Origin: an uncultured Verrucomicrobiae bacterium
Lineage (GTDB): Bacteria; Verrucomicrobiota; Verrucomicrobiia; Limisphaerales; UBA11358
Assembly (NCBI GenBank): GCA_963789335.1
Contig: CAWBKH010000005.1
Location: forward strand, 273,948 to 337,947
DNA: 64,000 bases
Direction: 5' to 3'
The notes below the pieces were generated by a model. That model was not told where the DNA came from and did no database searches. It saw nothing but the letters and a program-made list of their open reading frames with translations. A program made the position numbers and the translations under genes. Within the stretch, counting starts at the first letter, position 1. Every line of letters starts with the position of its first letter. This document shows positions 1 through 12,388 of the stretch, piece after piece.

Positions 1-1754
1 TTCTGGGCCCGAGCCATGATGAGGCGTTCACCGTGGAAGTGATTCGCGCCGGCGCGCAGGAGTATTTTTCCAAGGACCAATTCGGCGAACGCGCGCTGGA
101 ACCGGTGATTCGCTGCGCAATGGAACGTCAGCTCGAGCAGGCCGCCCTGCTCAAGGAGAAGGAAAATTACTACGGCCTGTTCGATCATCTCGTGGAAGGC
201 ATTTTCCGCACCACGCCCGACGGACATTATCAACTGGCGAACGTCGCGCTGGCGCGCATCTATGGTTACGAGTCGCCGGTGGAGTTGATGGCCAGCATCA
301 AGGACATCGGACGCAGCCTGTACGTCGAGCCGGGGCGACGCGAGGAGTTCATCCGGTTGATGCAAACCAACGACACCATCACCGGCTTCGAATCGCAGAT
401 TTACCGCAAGGACGGGTCCACCATCTGGATCTCGGAGAACTGCCGGGCCGTCCGCGACGCGCGCGGCAAATTGCTTTACTACGAAGGCTCGGTCGAGGAC
501 ATCACCCAAGGCCGGCAGACCGAGATGAACCTGCGGATCTCGGAATCCCTTTATCATTCACTGGTGGAGACGATGCCTCAAAACGTGTTCCGAAAAGATC
601 TGCGGGGCCGGTTTACGTTTGCCAATCAACAATACTGCAAGCATTATAAATGCAGTCTGCAAGACATCCTGGGCAAAACGGATTTCGATTTTTTCCCGAA
701 GGAACTGGCCGAGAAATACCAGAAGGATGACCGGCGCGTCATGGAAACCGGCCAGACGTATGAAATCATCGAGGAACATCACCCGCTGGGGCAGGAAAAG
801 ACCATCGTTCAGGTCGTCAAGACGCCGTTGTACAGCGCAGATGGAAGTATCATCGGATTGCAGGGAATTTTCTGGGACATCACGGCGCAAAAACTCGCGG
901 AGGAACAGATCCGTCGCGCGAACGCCGAACTGGCCCGCAGCCGCGAGGAGTTGCGCACCAAGAATCTGCTGATGGAGGAAAACCTCCACATGGCGCGCGA
1001 AATCCAGTTTGCCATGCTGCCGCAGCAATATCCGGTGTTTCCGCGCAATGTTCCGACCGAACAGGGCGCCTTCCAGTTTGTTCACCGCTATCAGCCGGCG
1101 GAAACCGTCAGCGGCGATTTTTTCAGTGTCTCCGCGCTGTCGGAGGACGAAGCCGGTGTTTTCATTTGCGACGTGACCGGGCACGGCGTGCGCGCGGCGC
1201 TCGTCACCGCCATGATCCGCGCGCTGGTGGAGGAATTGAAGCCCATCGCACAGGATCCGGGATTGTTTTTGCGCAAGGTCAATGCCGACCTGTTCACCAT
1301 CCTTAAAACCACCGGCTCGCCGATGCTCACGACCGCGTTTTACCTCGTCGCCAACTGGCGCACCGGCGTCATGCGCTTCGCCAACGCCGGCCATCCCAAA
1401 CCCCTGCTGGTGCGCCGGCCGGCCAAGCGCGTCGAACCGCTCGTCAACGTCTCGGGCAAGAGCCAGCCCGCCCTCGGCCTGTTCGAAGACCCGCCATATC
1501 AAACCACCGAAATCACCCTCGCCCCCGGCGATTTTGTGATGCTGTTCACCGACGGTCTCTACGAAGTACAGGGGCCGAATGAGGAATTGTATTCACAGGA
1601 ACGGCTGATCATGGACGTAAAATCCCGCCTGCAAAAGCCCGCCGCGCAATTGTTCGACGAACTGCTGGCAGCCATCGGCAACTTCTCCGTGGACAATGAA
1701 TTTGCCGACGACGTCTGCCTCGTCGGCATGGAATATACCGGGAAACCCGTCTGA
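1..1754 (+). CDS. Receiver(tail)-PAS-PAS-PP2C/SpoIIE phosphatase (RsbU-like response regulator), 5' partial
   Basis: The frame stays open upstream of the GTG at 33 back to base 3; LGPSHDEAFTVEVIRAGAQEYFSK looks like the end of a CheY-like receiver. Two PAS-like segments follow (YYGLFDHLVEGIFRTTPDG, YHSLVETMPQNVFRKDLRG), then SpoIIE/PP2C motifs (VSGDFF, CDVTGHGVRAAL, FTDGLYE). TGA stop. Confidence 0.8.
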   Translation, partial: LGPSHDEAFTVEVIRAGAQEYFSKDQFGERALEPVIRCAMERQLEQAALLKEKENYYGLFDHLVEGIFRTTPDGHYQLANVALARIYGYESPVELMASIKDIGRSLYVEPGRREEFIRLMQTNDTITGFESQIYRKDGSTIWISENCRAVRDARGKLLYYEGSVEDITQGRQTEMNLRISESLYHSLVETMPQNVFRKDLRGRFTFANQQYCKHYKCSLQDILGKTDFDFFPKELAEKYQKDDRRVMETGQTYEIIEEHHPLGQEKTIVQVVKTPLYSADGSIIGLQGIFWDITAQKLAEEQIRRANAELARSREELRTKNLLMEENLHMAREIQFAMLPQQYPVFPRNVPTEQGAFQFVHRYQPAETVSGDFFSVSALSEDEAGVFICDVTGHGVRAALVTAMIRALVEELKPIAQDPGLFLRKVNADLFTILKTTGSPMLTTAFYLVANWRTGVMRFANAGHPKPLLVRRPAKRVEPLVNVSGKSQPALGLFEDPPYQTTEITLAPGDFVMLFTDGLYEVQGPNEELYSQERLIMDVKSRLQKPAAQLFDELLAAIGNFSVDNEFADDVCLVGMEYTGKPV

Positions 1755-1780
1755 CAAAGCGGCGTAATTTCTGTAAACCG

Positions 1781-3616
<1,836 letters not shown>

Positions 3617-4014
3617 TTTCTTAATTTTTAAATTTTAAGCCTTAAGCTCTGAGTTGAATTTGTACCGCCGATTTTCTGGCAACTCAAAATCCAAAATTAT
3701 GTCGCACTGTGGGACAAAATTTGAATGAACCCAGCCGAACAGAATGCCTCCAAAATGGAAAAGGTCAAGCCACGAGTTATGTGAATTTGATCGTTATAGT
3801 TCGGTTCCCCGGTAGTTTGTCAGTTTGGACTGGCGCTTGAAGCCACGCCACTTCCAGGCAAACACGTGATCACCATCACGGCAAACCCGAAAAAGTGATT
3901 GCATCCCGCTCCAACCCAGGTGCGTAGCGCGCATTTTGGCATCCGTGTACTAACCGCGAAGGGAAAACGCTCCGGAATGTTCCGCAGCAACCGCTCGGTT
4001 GGTGGAAGGCGTTC

Positions 4015-4599
4015 TTACCATGTTTGCCGGCCCAATTCCGCGTGGCGGAAGCAGGTGACCACATGGTCGTTCACCATGCCGACGGCCTGCATGAAAGCGT
4101 AGCAGATGGTCGAGCCGACGAACCGGAATCCGCGCCGCTTCAAATCGCGGCTCATCGCGTTGGACCCGGGCGTGCGCGCGGGCACATTACGCAGCGCGCG
4201 GCGGCGGTTTTGAATCGGTGCGCCGACGACGAATTGCCAGAGGTAACGATCGAAGCTGCCGAATTCCTTGCGCACTTGGAGAAAGGCTTTTGCATTTCCA
4301 ATCGTGGCACGGATTTTCAGGCGATTGCGGACAATGTCGGCGTCAGCCATGAGTCGCGCAAAATCTTTTTCACTAAAGCGCGCGATTTTGACCGCGTCCC
4401 AATGGGCGAACGCGCGCCGGTAATTTTCCCGTTTACGCAGGATTGTGATCCAGCTCAGCCCGGCCTGCGCGCCTTCGAGGTTTAGCATTTCGAATAAATG
4501 CCGGTCGTCGTGCGAGGGCACACCCCACTCCTGATCGTGATACGCGATGTAGATCGGATCGTCACCGGCCCAGGAGCAGCGGCGTTTCATGGTGGGCAT
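4015..4599 (-). CDS. tag: DNA-3-methyladenine glycosylase I
   Basis: WAGDDPIYIAYHDQEWGVP, LEGAQAGLSWITIL and ICYAFMQAVGMVNDH are the Tag family pattern. The longest ORF (to 4860) adds an Arg-rich implausible extension overlapping the next gene, so the start is set at ATG 4597-4599 (alternative 4590). Confidence 0.85.
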   Translation of the reverse strand: MPTMKRRCSWAGDDPIYIAYHDQEWGVPSHDDRHLFEMLNLEGAQAGLSWITILRKRENYRRAFAHWDAVKIARFSEKDFARLMADADIVRNRLKIRATIGNAKAFLQVRKEFGSFDRYLWQFVVGAPIQNRRRALRNVPARTPGSNAMSRDLKRRGFRFVGSTICYAFMQAVGMVNDHVVTCFRHAELGRQTW

Positions 4600-4636
4600 A
4601 CGATTTCCGGAAACGGAACTGTCTTCAAGGCACATT

Positions 4637-5038
4637 TTAAGTCGGAGCGGTGCCGGGGAACCATTCGACGTGCTGGTTGCCCTGACGGCCAAAGTAGGTG
4701 ACCCGTTTCCCGCGCAGAAACGCGAAGTAACCTTGCGTGCCCGCCTCCATCGCGCGACGCGTGAAGTCGCGATATTTCTGCCCGTTGCGTTGGCTGTCCA
4801 GAATGTCGGCGCGGAGCGCGGCGGTGTCGAAATCGGCAGCGACCGGCGGCAAACCTTCATAGTTGATGGGCGTCACGACCATGTCGCCGTCCGCGCTGTA
4901 AAAGGTCTTGCGCATCCCGATATAGTCCACGTGATAATATTCCACGCCGGCGGCAAGCAATTGGCCGACGACTTCGGGAAACGACATCGTGCCGTCGAGA
5001 GTGGCACGAGCGGTTTTGGTGATGATTTCGGTGTTCAT
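4637..5038 (-). CDS. DUF1398-family protein (YbcV/phage envelope protein-like)
   Basis: MNTEIITK...MSFPEVVGQLLAAGVEYYHVDY...YFGRQG...FPG matches my recollection of the DUF1398 pattern. Start taken at the internal ATG (codon 21 of the ORF). Confidence 0.7.
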   Translation of the reverse strand: MNTEIITKTARATLDGTMSFPEVVGQLLAAGVEYYHVDYIGMRKTFYSADGDMVVTPINYEGLPPVAADFDTAALRADILDSQRNGQKYRDFTRRAMEAGTQGYFAFLRGKRVTYFGRQGNQHVEWFPGTAPT

Positions 5039-5082
5039 AATTGTCTTTTTGTTAATGATTTTGTCTGGCCCGTTTGTGGGCT

Positions 5083-5396
5083 TCAAGGATATAGACAACC
5101 ACCAAAAAAGTCACTGTGACAGTTCGTGAAAAAATTTAGTTCGCATCGAACAATGGCAGGAGCCGACTGGAGGAGACTCATACTTTGGTTGCCGCGAAGG
5201 GTGACTCCGACTCGCAGGGCACGGTGATGCGCTTCGGGAAGTGTCGAAAGCAAAGTTTGACCGAGTTGCGATTCAAACCGGTTAGCCGGGCGGCTTTGGT
5301 GGCTTCCGTATTCAGACAAAACAGCTGCGGCAACAGCCGAAATTTTCGCCCGGAAATTCGGGAAGGCCGGAAATGCCAATTTCGCCCTGTCATCAT
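5083..5396 (-). pseudogene. IS1595-family (ISXO2-like) transposase N-terminal remnant, frame-broken and truncated
   Basis: RLLPQLFCLNTEATKAARLTGLNRNSVKLCFRHF resembles the N-terminal HTH of IS1595 transposases. A different frame then gives ...DFFGG, resembling the DESYFGG motif. No DDE domain follows. Confidence 0.35.
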
Positions 5397-5581
5397 TGGC
5401 TTTATGCAGCTCTTTCATGGGCTTAACTGGTTTTGAACCGTGACAAAATAAATTTCGTCGCAGTCGAAGAAATATGATGGCCGCTTCTGGTATGAACGTC
5501 GCGCAACAGTCTTTGCCATGGAGAGACACAGTTTGGACAAAAGCGGGATCCTCGAGCCGCGATAACTGACCCCTACCAAGA

Positions 5582-7312
5582 TTATTTCACCGGTAGCGTA
5601 ATAATGATACTTGTGCCGTGTCTGAGACGGGATTTAATGCGAATGCTGCCACGATGGGTTTCGATAATGCGACCGACAATGGCCAGGCCAAGTCCGGTAC
5701 CCTTGGATTTTGTGGTGCTGAGCACGGCGGTGAATGCCTTTTTCTGCAATTCCTCACTCATGCCTTTGCCGGTGTCCTTGAATTCCACCGAGACATGCGA
5801 CGGCTGTTCACTCGCGCGCGGCAATCGGACGGCGCGGGATTTGATGGCGAGCGTGCCGCCTTCCAGCATTGCTTCGGCGGCGTTGAGAATCAGGTTCAAA
5901 AACGCCTGTTCCAGTTGCGGCGCGTCGCCCATGACCATCGGCAAATCCGGCGCCAATTCACCAACCAGTTTGACGTTTTGATTCGCGAGCTTGTGACGCA
6001 CGAGCAAGCCGAGTTCGTCAATCAACTCGTTCAAATTTACCGGTGCGAGCTGCGGTTCGGTGGTGCGGGCGAAGGCGAGAATCCGCTCCACAATTTTGTT
6101 CAGGTGCTCGATTTTCGCGCCGATCAGTCGCGCGTCCTTCGCGCGCGGGTCGCCGTCGAGAAACTTCAGGTTCAGCGAATGATAGAGCAGTTTCATCACC
6201 GTGAGCGGATTGCGGATTTCGTGCGCGACTTCGGCGGCCAGCAGACCCAGTGCAGATAGCTTTTCGTTTTGCCGCAATTGTTCCTCCACGTCCACGATGC
6301 GTTCATAGAGCCGGGCTTTTTCAATGGCGATTCCAGACAATTCCGCCAGCGCACCCAGGATGCGAATTTCCTCGTTGGAAAAGTTATAGGGCCGGCCGGT
6401 ATAAACGCTCAGCGTACCGATGGCCTGACCGGCGAACATCAGCGGAACACTCAACAACGAGACGAGTCCTTCGCGTCGCGCAACCTCGACATTTTGATAA
6501 CGGCTCGAAGTCTGGACATTTTCCAATTGCAACGGCTTTTTGCGGCGCACGACAACGCCAAGAACGCTTTCTTCAACGCTCAGCCGCGGCTTTTTGAGAT
6601 AGGCCTTGCCTGCGCCGTGGTTCGCGCGCAAATCAAGCCACTCGTGACTTTCATCAAGCATCATCAATGAACACATGCGCGCGCGCATCAGCACGCACGC
6701 CTCGCGCGTAATGACGCGCAACGCTTCGTCAAGATTCAACGTGGAATTGATGGTTCGGCTCACGCTCGCAAGCGATTCAAACAGGCGCGCTTTCAAGCGC
6801 AATTGTTCGTAGAGCCAGGTGTTTTGAATCACCTTGGCCGCCTGGACCGCCAGTTCCTGCAACAATTCCTGGTCGTCCGGGCTGAAGGCGTCCGTGCGGT
6901 CCGAATCCACATTCAGCACGCCGCGGGTTTCACCGTTTACCTCCAGCGGCACGGCCAGTTCCGAACGCACGCCGGGCCGGGCGGCGACGTAACGCGAGTC
7001 CTGCATCACATCACCCACGCACGCGGGTTTGCCGTGGCGCGCGACCCAGCCGGTAATGCCTTCGCCCAGCCGCAATTGCAGCCGCTTGGCACTGGACGGC
7101 AGCCCTTGTGCGGCGTGGATTTCCAGAAAACCCGAAGTGGGATTGATGAGCACCACCGAACCACTGGACGCACGCATGAGGCGCACCGCCTCGCTCACGA
7201 TCAACTGCAACACCTCCTCCGAATCCAACGTCGAGTGAATGACGTTGCTTACCTGATAGAGCAAATTCAGTCGCTCATAACGTGTTGCCAGTTTTGCCAG
7301 TTCTTCATTCAC
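5582..7312 (-). CDS. GAF-GAF sensor histidine kinase
   Basis: Two GAF-like segments, H-box AHEIRNPLTVMKLL, an N box (LNLILNAAEA) and a G2 box (GTGLGLAIVGRIIETHRG). Confidence 0.9.
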   Translation of the reverse strand: MNEELAKLATRYERLNLLYQVSNVIHSTLDSEEVLQLIVSEAVRLMRASSGSVVLINPTSGFLEIHAAQGLPSSAKRLQLRLGEGITGWVARHGKPACVGDVMQDSRYVAARPGVRSELAVPLEVNGETRGVLNVDSDRTDAFSPDDQELLQELAVQAAKVIQNTWLYEQLRLKARLFESLASVSRTINSTLNLDEALRVITREACVLMRARMCSLMMLDESHEWLDLRANHGAGKAYLKKPRLSVEESVLGVVVRRKKPLQLENVQTSSRYQNVEVARREGLVSLLSVPLMFAGQAIGTLSVYTGRPYNFSNEEIRILGALAELSGIAIEKARLYERIVDVEEQLRQNEKLSALGLLAAEVAHEIRNPLTVMKLLYHSLNLKFLDGDPRAKDARLIGAKIEHLNKIVERILAFARTTEPQLAPVNLNELIDELGLLVRHKLANQNVKLVGELAPDLPMVMGDAPQLEQAFLNLILNAAEAMLEGGTLAIKSRAVRLPRASEQPSHVSVEFKDTGKGMSEELQKKAFTAVLSTTKSKGTGLGLAIVGRIIETHRGSIRIKSRLRHGTSIIITLPVK

Positions 7313-7331
7313 AGGTCGTTGAAATTTAATT

Positions 7332-8438
7332 TCACCGCACGCGCGCGATCAGGAACAATCCGGTCGCGCCGAAAGCCATGTTTGGCATCCACGCCGCCAG
7401 CCACGCGGGCAAATAACCGCCCGTGCCCAGTGCCAGCCCGACTTGCTGAAGCACAAAGAACGTAAAACAGATGAAAACACTGCCCGCCACGCCGACGAAG
7501 AGGTTTCGCCGACCCGACGCCACGCCAAAAGGAATTGCGATGAGCACCACCACCAGGCACGTCCACGGTTCTGCCAGCCGCCCGTAGAATTTGGTCCACC
7601 ATTTTCCCGCCTCGGCGGACGGCAAATTGGGATGCCGTCGCAGGTACTCCCAAAGAACCGAAAGCGGAACGTTTAGTTTGCGCGAGTGCAGGCTTTCATA
7701 CTCGCTCATCTGGATTTCATTCTCGATTTCCGCCGGGGTTTCGTCAAATTTCGGCATGACCAGCACGTTGGTTTGAACGTGCAGGACCGGAGCCGTTTCA
7801 TTAGCCTGCTCAAACTCTGTCACGTTGAAGAACGTCCAGCCGTGGTTCGTGTAAACCGCCTGGTCAGCGTACAATTTTCGGATTGACCCGTCCGGCAAAG
7901 TCCAATTCACCACAATCGAGCCGGACATTTCGGCCGTTTTGGGATGATATTCATTGAAAATCCAAACCCGGTTCGCGTGGGTGTCGGTAAAACCATGAAA
8001 TTGATTTTGTGCGTTGTCCTCCTTGTGCACATAACGATGCAAAATACGGTCCGCCCACTCGGTGCTTTGGGGAACTCCGATTTCATTCAACACAAACAAG
8101 GCGATGCTGGCAACGAATCCCACCAGAAAATAGGGCACGCACAATCGCCACAGGCTTATGCCTGCTGCTCGCAGGGCGGTGATCTCATTGTGCCGCGCGT
8201 GATTGGTGAGTGTGTAAAGCAATGCCAGCAAAAGCGCCACCGGCAGCACGGTCACCAAAAATCCCGGCGTCATGGCCACAGAATATTCGATGACATCGAA
8301 CAAGTGCAGTTTGGCATCTTGGAACTTGTCCAGTTCGGTGAACAGATCGTAGGAAATCCAGAAAATCAGGAAGCCACCTAGGCAATACGCCAGCGGCGTG
8401 AGCAATTCGCGTAATAAATATCGGTCAAGCAACCGCAC
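7332..8438 (-). CDS. LptF/LptG-family (YjgP/YjgQ) permease
   Basis: (V)RLLDRYLLRELLTPLAYCLGGFLIFWI is a typical N-terminus, with 6 TM segments and a periplasmic insert. Start set at GTG 8436-8438; the longest ORF runs to 8597. Confidence 0.8.
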   Translation of the reverse strand: MRLLDRYLLRELLTPLAYCLGGFLIFWISYDLFTELDKFQDAKLHLFDVIEYSVAMTPGFLVTVLPVALLLALLYTLTNHARHNEITALRAAGISLWRLCVPYFLVGFVASIALFVLNEIGVPQSTEWADRILHRYVHKEDNAQNQFHGFTDTHANRVWIFNEYHPKTAEMSGSIVVNWTLPDGSIRKLYADQAVYTNHGWTFFNVTEFEQANETAPVLHVQTNVLVMPKFDETPAEIENEIQMSEYESLHSRKLNVPLSVLWEYLRRHPNLPSAEAGKWWTKFYGRLAEPWTCLVVVLIAIPFGVASGRRNLFVGVAGSVFICFTFFVLQQVGLALGTGGYLPAWLAAWMPNMAFGATGLFLIARVR

Positions 8439-8639
8439 CAAGGCAGGGTAAGCGGCGCGGGAAAATGAGCAAGTCTGGCCTGCCGTGCGCAGCCCGGCTA
8501 AATCGTCCGTCATCGCAAAGGCTGCTGTCACTGACGGCAGCCCTTTTCCGATCCGGGCAAGCTGGTTCGCTGGCCGAAAATATTCGCGTCCTGGCACCCT
8601 TGTGGTAATTGCTCGAATTTCCGCTGAGGGCCGGTTAGC

Positions 8640-9014
8640 GTGATTTCCATGTTACTGGTCACGTCGAACAAGTCGAAGCAGTTGCTGTGTATCCATTACA
8701 TTGGTGAGGTGCGACCGGAGGAGTTTCAGCGCAACCGGGCGGACTTGACCACCCAACTAGGGGGGTTGTCGCCGGGTTTTCATTTGCTGGCGGATTTCAG
8801 TCAGTTGGAGCATATGGGGCTGGATTGCGAACAGGGCCTTGGCCAGATGATGGATTTGATTGGGCGGGCAGGCATGAGCCTGGTGGTGCGGGTCATTCCC
8901 GATCCGAGCAAGGACATCGGGATGAACATCCTCACGGTTTTTCATTACCCCCAGCATCCGCGGGTCGTCACTTGCCAAAACCTGATCGCCGCCGCCAGAG
9001 CACTCAGGCTTTAG
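8640..9014 (+). CDS. Hypothetical protein, possibly STAS/SpoIIAA-like fold
   Basis: 124-aa ORF with good coding appearance in an intergenic slot. Only weak resemblance to STAS-like DUFs, so the family is not secure. Confidence 0.45.
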   Translation: MISMLLVTSNKSKQLLCIHYIGEVRPEEFQRNRADLTTQLGGLSPGFHLLADFSQLEHMGLDCEQGLGQMMDLIGRAGMSLVVRVIPDPSKDIGMNILTVFHYPQHPRVVTCQNLIAAARALRL

Positions 9015-9138
9015 CTTTTGGGCTGAAAAATTGGGAGGCGGCAACGGGCATGCGCACCATCGAGGGGGCAGTCGAAAAAACGGCTTGAAACCTGGCAAAC
9101 CCATATCCCAAGCGACTGGCACTTACAGTACATGGGCA

Positions 9139-10146
9139 TCATTTATCTCCAGCCAGCCACGACAAGATCGCCGGAGTGAGTTCAGAAAAATAGTAAGTGA
9201 GCGCCTCGTGGGTGGCATCCGGCACCACGATGAGTTTGCTGCCGGGCAACGCCAGCGAGCGCAAGTACTCCACTTCCTTTACCGGCGTAATTTTATCCTC
9301 GCCACCCGCCACAAACAGTGCCCTGACGGGCGTCTGCTTCAATACCGTCGTGGTGTTCAACTCCTGCGCCGGCACCTGGAGAACGGAGGGCAATTGCTTT
9401 AGGCCCGCTTTGACCATCACTTTCGGCAGCCAGTCGGCGTATTCCTGGCGGATGTTCATGACCGTGTTGGACAGATTTGCGTAGGGTGCGATGGCCACGA
9501 CCGAACGAACGCGCGGTTCGACAGCTTTCCAGCGCAGGGCCAAGACCGCCCCGTAGGACTCGCCGACCGCCGACACCGGCCCGGTCAATTCCTTGTCTCG
9601 TGCCAAAGCATCCAGCAGTTGGCTCATGTCCTCCGTCTCTTTGATCCCGAAGTAAATTTGCCGTCCGGTGGATCTGCCGTGACCGCGCAGGTCAACCAAC
9701 ACGCACCGCCAGCCCGCCTCCGCGAGGCGAAACGCCCAAGGCAACATCGAAAACTGCGCCACCCCGTAACCGTGCAGCAGAAAGACCGTGCCACGAGGTG
9801 ATGCCGTCCACAGGTTCGATCGGCCCGGCAATGAAGCCTTGAAACTGAACTCGTATTGTTTTTGGCGGTGTTCCCACCAATTGGTTGAGGAGATTGCCAG
9901 ATGATAATCAGCCGGTTCCACGATCCGATAGCATAACCAGGCTGCCGGCGGGCCAACCTCCACATAATGCGTGGCGAAATTGGTGAGCAGCATTGGGCTA
10001 AAGGCGAGCGTCACGGGAGCGTGGGGCGCAAACCACGAGGGATACCGATTAGGTGCTCTCGCAATCGAGTGGGCGATGAAGGTGCCGCACCCGGCGGTGC
10101 TCAACGCCATGACGAACATGGCCAACATTCTAACGACGTTCATCAT
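9139..10146 (-). CDS. Alpha/beta hydrolase lipoprotein
   Basis: Signal peptide plus lipobox (LSTAGC), HG oxyanion region (FLLHGYG), nucleophile elbow GESYG, and LRGHGRSTG. Confidence 0.8.
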   Translation of the reverse strand: MMNVVRMLAMFVMALSTAGCGTFIAHSIARAPNRYPSWFAPHAPVTLAFSPMLLTNFATHYVEVGPPAAWLCYRIVEPADYHLAISSTNWWEHRQKQYEFSFKASLPGRSNLWTASPRGTVFLLHGYGVAQFSMLPWAFRLAEAGWRCVLVDLRGHGRSTGRQIYFGIKETEDMSQLLDALARDKELTGPVSAVGESYGAVLALRWKAVEPRVRSVVAIAPYANLSNTVMNIRQEYADWLPKVMVKAGLKQLPSVLQVPAQELNTTTVLKQTPVRALFVAGGEDKITPVKEVEYLRSLALPGSKLIVVPDATHEALTYYFSELTPAILSWLAGDK

Positions 10147-10573
10147 GTTCTTTTATTTATCCGAGTTTGGACCAGCGGCCGTCAACGCTTTTTAAAGGCG
10201 GAGGCTCGGGAATTTTTTGTGAGCGAGGAGGCTTCCGGCGAGAGAAATGTTCACCTGCACCAGTCCAAGTCTTTAGCAAGTCCGCATGCAGACAACCGCA
10301 ACGGTGTTTCCAACGAAGGGTTTTTCTCGTGCCTTCACTTTCGTTAGCATGAAGGCAAAAGCGCATCCCTGCCAGCAGGTCTGACCATTTGTTAAAGGAT
10401 TTCGCACACGGGCGAAATTTCGTTGACAGGGTTTTGCTTGGATGGTTAATGCGGTCAGGTCGGTTTATGTGGATGCAAGTAACAGCCAGCCGCCCTTCTT
10501 ACCGCCCATTCGGTTGGGTTGTTTTGCGGCCGTCGCTATCACGCGATGCCGACCAACCCCGAAAGCATGTAAT

Positions 10574-10963
10574 ATGACAACACAACAATTTGTTTTATTC
10601 CTCTCCGGTCTGATCCTGCCCATGCTGTATCAACGGGTGAAGTTCACCCTTTACCGGCTCTCATTCCAGCGGACGCCGCTTCGCCAAAAGAGCGGTCTCA
10701 ATCTTCATCACGGCCACTGGGGATTCCTGCTGGCCTTCATCTCAATGAATCTCCTGGTTTTTGGGGTGTATAACGACTTAGCTATTGGCTTGGCGGGGTT
10801 CGGCTGGGGATTGATGCTCGATGAGATCATCCCGATGCTCAAGATGCCTTCACCGGGTCGGACACTGGAACTCGAGATCTACGATAGATCCAGGACGGCT
10901 ACGATCATTTTGATAGGCGTTGTGGTGCTGCTGGCGCTTGTCTTCTTCCTTGTCCGGCGTTAA
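10574..10963 (+). CDS. Small integral membrane protein (hypothetical)
   Basis: ATG at 10574 opens a 129-aa product with 3-4 hydrophobic helices. The upstream part of the track ORF looks non-coding. Confidence 0.5.
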   Translation: MTTQQFVLFLSGLILPMLYQRVKFTLYRLSFQRTPLRQKSGLNLHHGHWGFLLAFISMNLLVFGVYNDLAIGLAGFGWGLMLDEIIPMLKMPSPGRTLELEIYDRSRTATIILIGVVVLLALVFFLVRR

Positions 10964-11237
10964 GTGCCAGGGAAAACCAAGGAAACCGCCACGTTCGCCA
11001 GCGACGATGCTGAATCAGGATACGTCCCTTTGTGTTATTGGAACTTGTCAGCGTGATGAATTGCACGTCTTGGCCCGCCGCCCCAGCGTCCAGCCTAAAT
11101 AACCAAACCCCAGCAACAGGGTGTTCAAGATTTTGAGCGAACTGGCCTTCATGATTTTTTGCAGCATTTGGAACGCTCTCAGCATTCAGGACATTCCAAA
11201 TCCTCATTGCCCATAAACCACATGACACCGGCTTCTT

Positions 11238-12368
11238 TCAAACCAATTTCTTCAGCTTCGCGTCCTCGCCCAGTTTTCGGACCAGTTCCTTCACCTTCTG
11301 CGCCTGGCTTTTGTGCGCCAGCAACACCGCGTCGTCGGTCTGGACAAGAATTGAATCGCGCAAACCCACGACGGCAATCGGTGTCCGGTTTTTCGTCCGC
11401 GCGTCGTAGATGATGTTCCGCGCGCCGTCCACGTGGATGAAATCCGCCACGGCACAATTGCCTTCCGGGTCGGCCTTGAGATGACGCGCCAGCGCCGTCC
11501 AAGAACCAAGGTCGTCCCATTCAAACGCGCCGTCCGCCACGACCACGTTCTGTGCCTTTTCCATCAGCGCGTAATCAACCGAGATTTTTTTGATGTCGGG
11601 ATATTCCTTTGCGAGGACCTTCGCGAGCTTGGCCGGTTGGTTGGCCACCTTGAACCAGCGCTGGCACGCCGCGTACATCTCCGGCTGATGCTTCTGCAAA
11701 CCTTCCGTGACGGTTACGAACGACCACACAAACATCCCGGCGTTCCAGCGGTACTGGCCGCTGTTGACGTATTCTAGCGCGCGCTCGAAATGCGGCTTCT
11801 CGACAAACCGTTCCGCGCGATAAAAAGTTGTTTTCGTCCTTTTTGCGCCTTGGGCCGGCGGCAATTCCTGTCCGACTTGAATGTATCCATAACCCGTGTC
11901 CGGCCCGGCCGGCTTGATACCAATGGTGATGATGGCCTGGCCGCGACTGGCCAAATCGAATGCGTCACTCAGAACCTGCTGGAATTTTTTCTCATCGGGA
12001 ATCACGTGATCGGCGGGCAAAACGGCCATGACGCCGGTCGTCGAACGTGCGCCAACGAGTGCCGCACCAAGCGTGACAGCGGCGCAGGTGTCCCGGCCAA
12101 TCGGTTCGGCAATGAGATTGGCCTTGGGAATTTTCGGAAGTTGATTGCGGACCTCTGGCAATTGCACCTCGTTGGTAATGACGAAGATGTTTTTAGCCGG
12201 CACGAGCGGCAGGACGCGCTCGACGGTTTCCTGTAAAAAAGATTTCTTGCCGAGCAGACTGAGCAATTGTTTGGGCGTCTTTTCCCGGCTCACCGGCCAG
12301 AACCGTTCCCCACGCCCGCCGGCCATGATGATGACAAAACGGTTTTTAGTGTCGGGTTTGACTTTCAT
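11238..12368 (-). CDS. manC: Mannose-1-phosphate guanylyltransferase (no PMI domain)
   Basis: FVIIMAGGRGERFWPVSR signature; nucleotidyl transferase plus left-handed helix C-terminus; 376 aa. Confidence 0.85.
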   Translation of the reverse strand: MKVKPDTKNRFVIIMAGGRGERFWPVSREKTPKQLLSLLGKKSFLQETVERVLPLVPAKNIFVITNEVQLPEVRNQLPKIPKANLIAEPIGRDTCAAVTLGAALVGARSTTGVMAVLPADHVIPDEKKFQQVLSDAFDLASRGQAIITIGIKPAGPDTGYGYIQVGQELPPAQGAKRTKTTFYRAERFVEKPHFERALEYVNSGQYRWNAGMFVWSFVTVTEGLQKHQPEMYAACQRWFKVANQPAKLAKVLAKEYPDIKKISVDYALMEKAQNVVVADGAFEWDDLGSWTALARHLKADPEGNCAVADFIHVDGARNIIYDARTKNRTPIAVVGLRDSILVQTDDAVLLAHKSQAQKVKELVRKLGEDAKLKKLV

Positions 12369-12388
12369 AATTTTTTAGCCGCAGATTT

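Noticed and set aside
8640-9014. A partner-switching module linking the RsbU-like PP2C phosphatase (1-1754) with the STAS-like small protein.
   Set aside because: The two genes are 7 kb apart with unrelated genes between them. No anti-sigma kinase or sigma factor is present, and the STAS assignment itself is weak.
11048-11152. 34-codon minus-strand ORF (MKASSLKILNTLLLGFGYLGWTLGRRAKTCNSSR): a hydrophobic helix plus basic tail, reminiscent of small membrane toxins.
   Set aside because: No ribosome-binding site, antisense RNA signal, repeat context or conservation evidence is available from the sequence alone. Short ORFs like this arise by chance in a 270-bp spacer.
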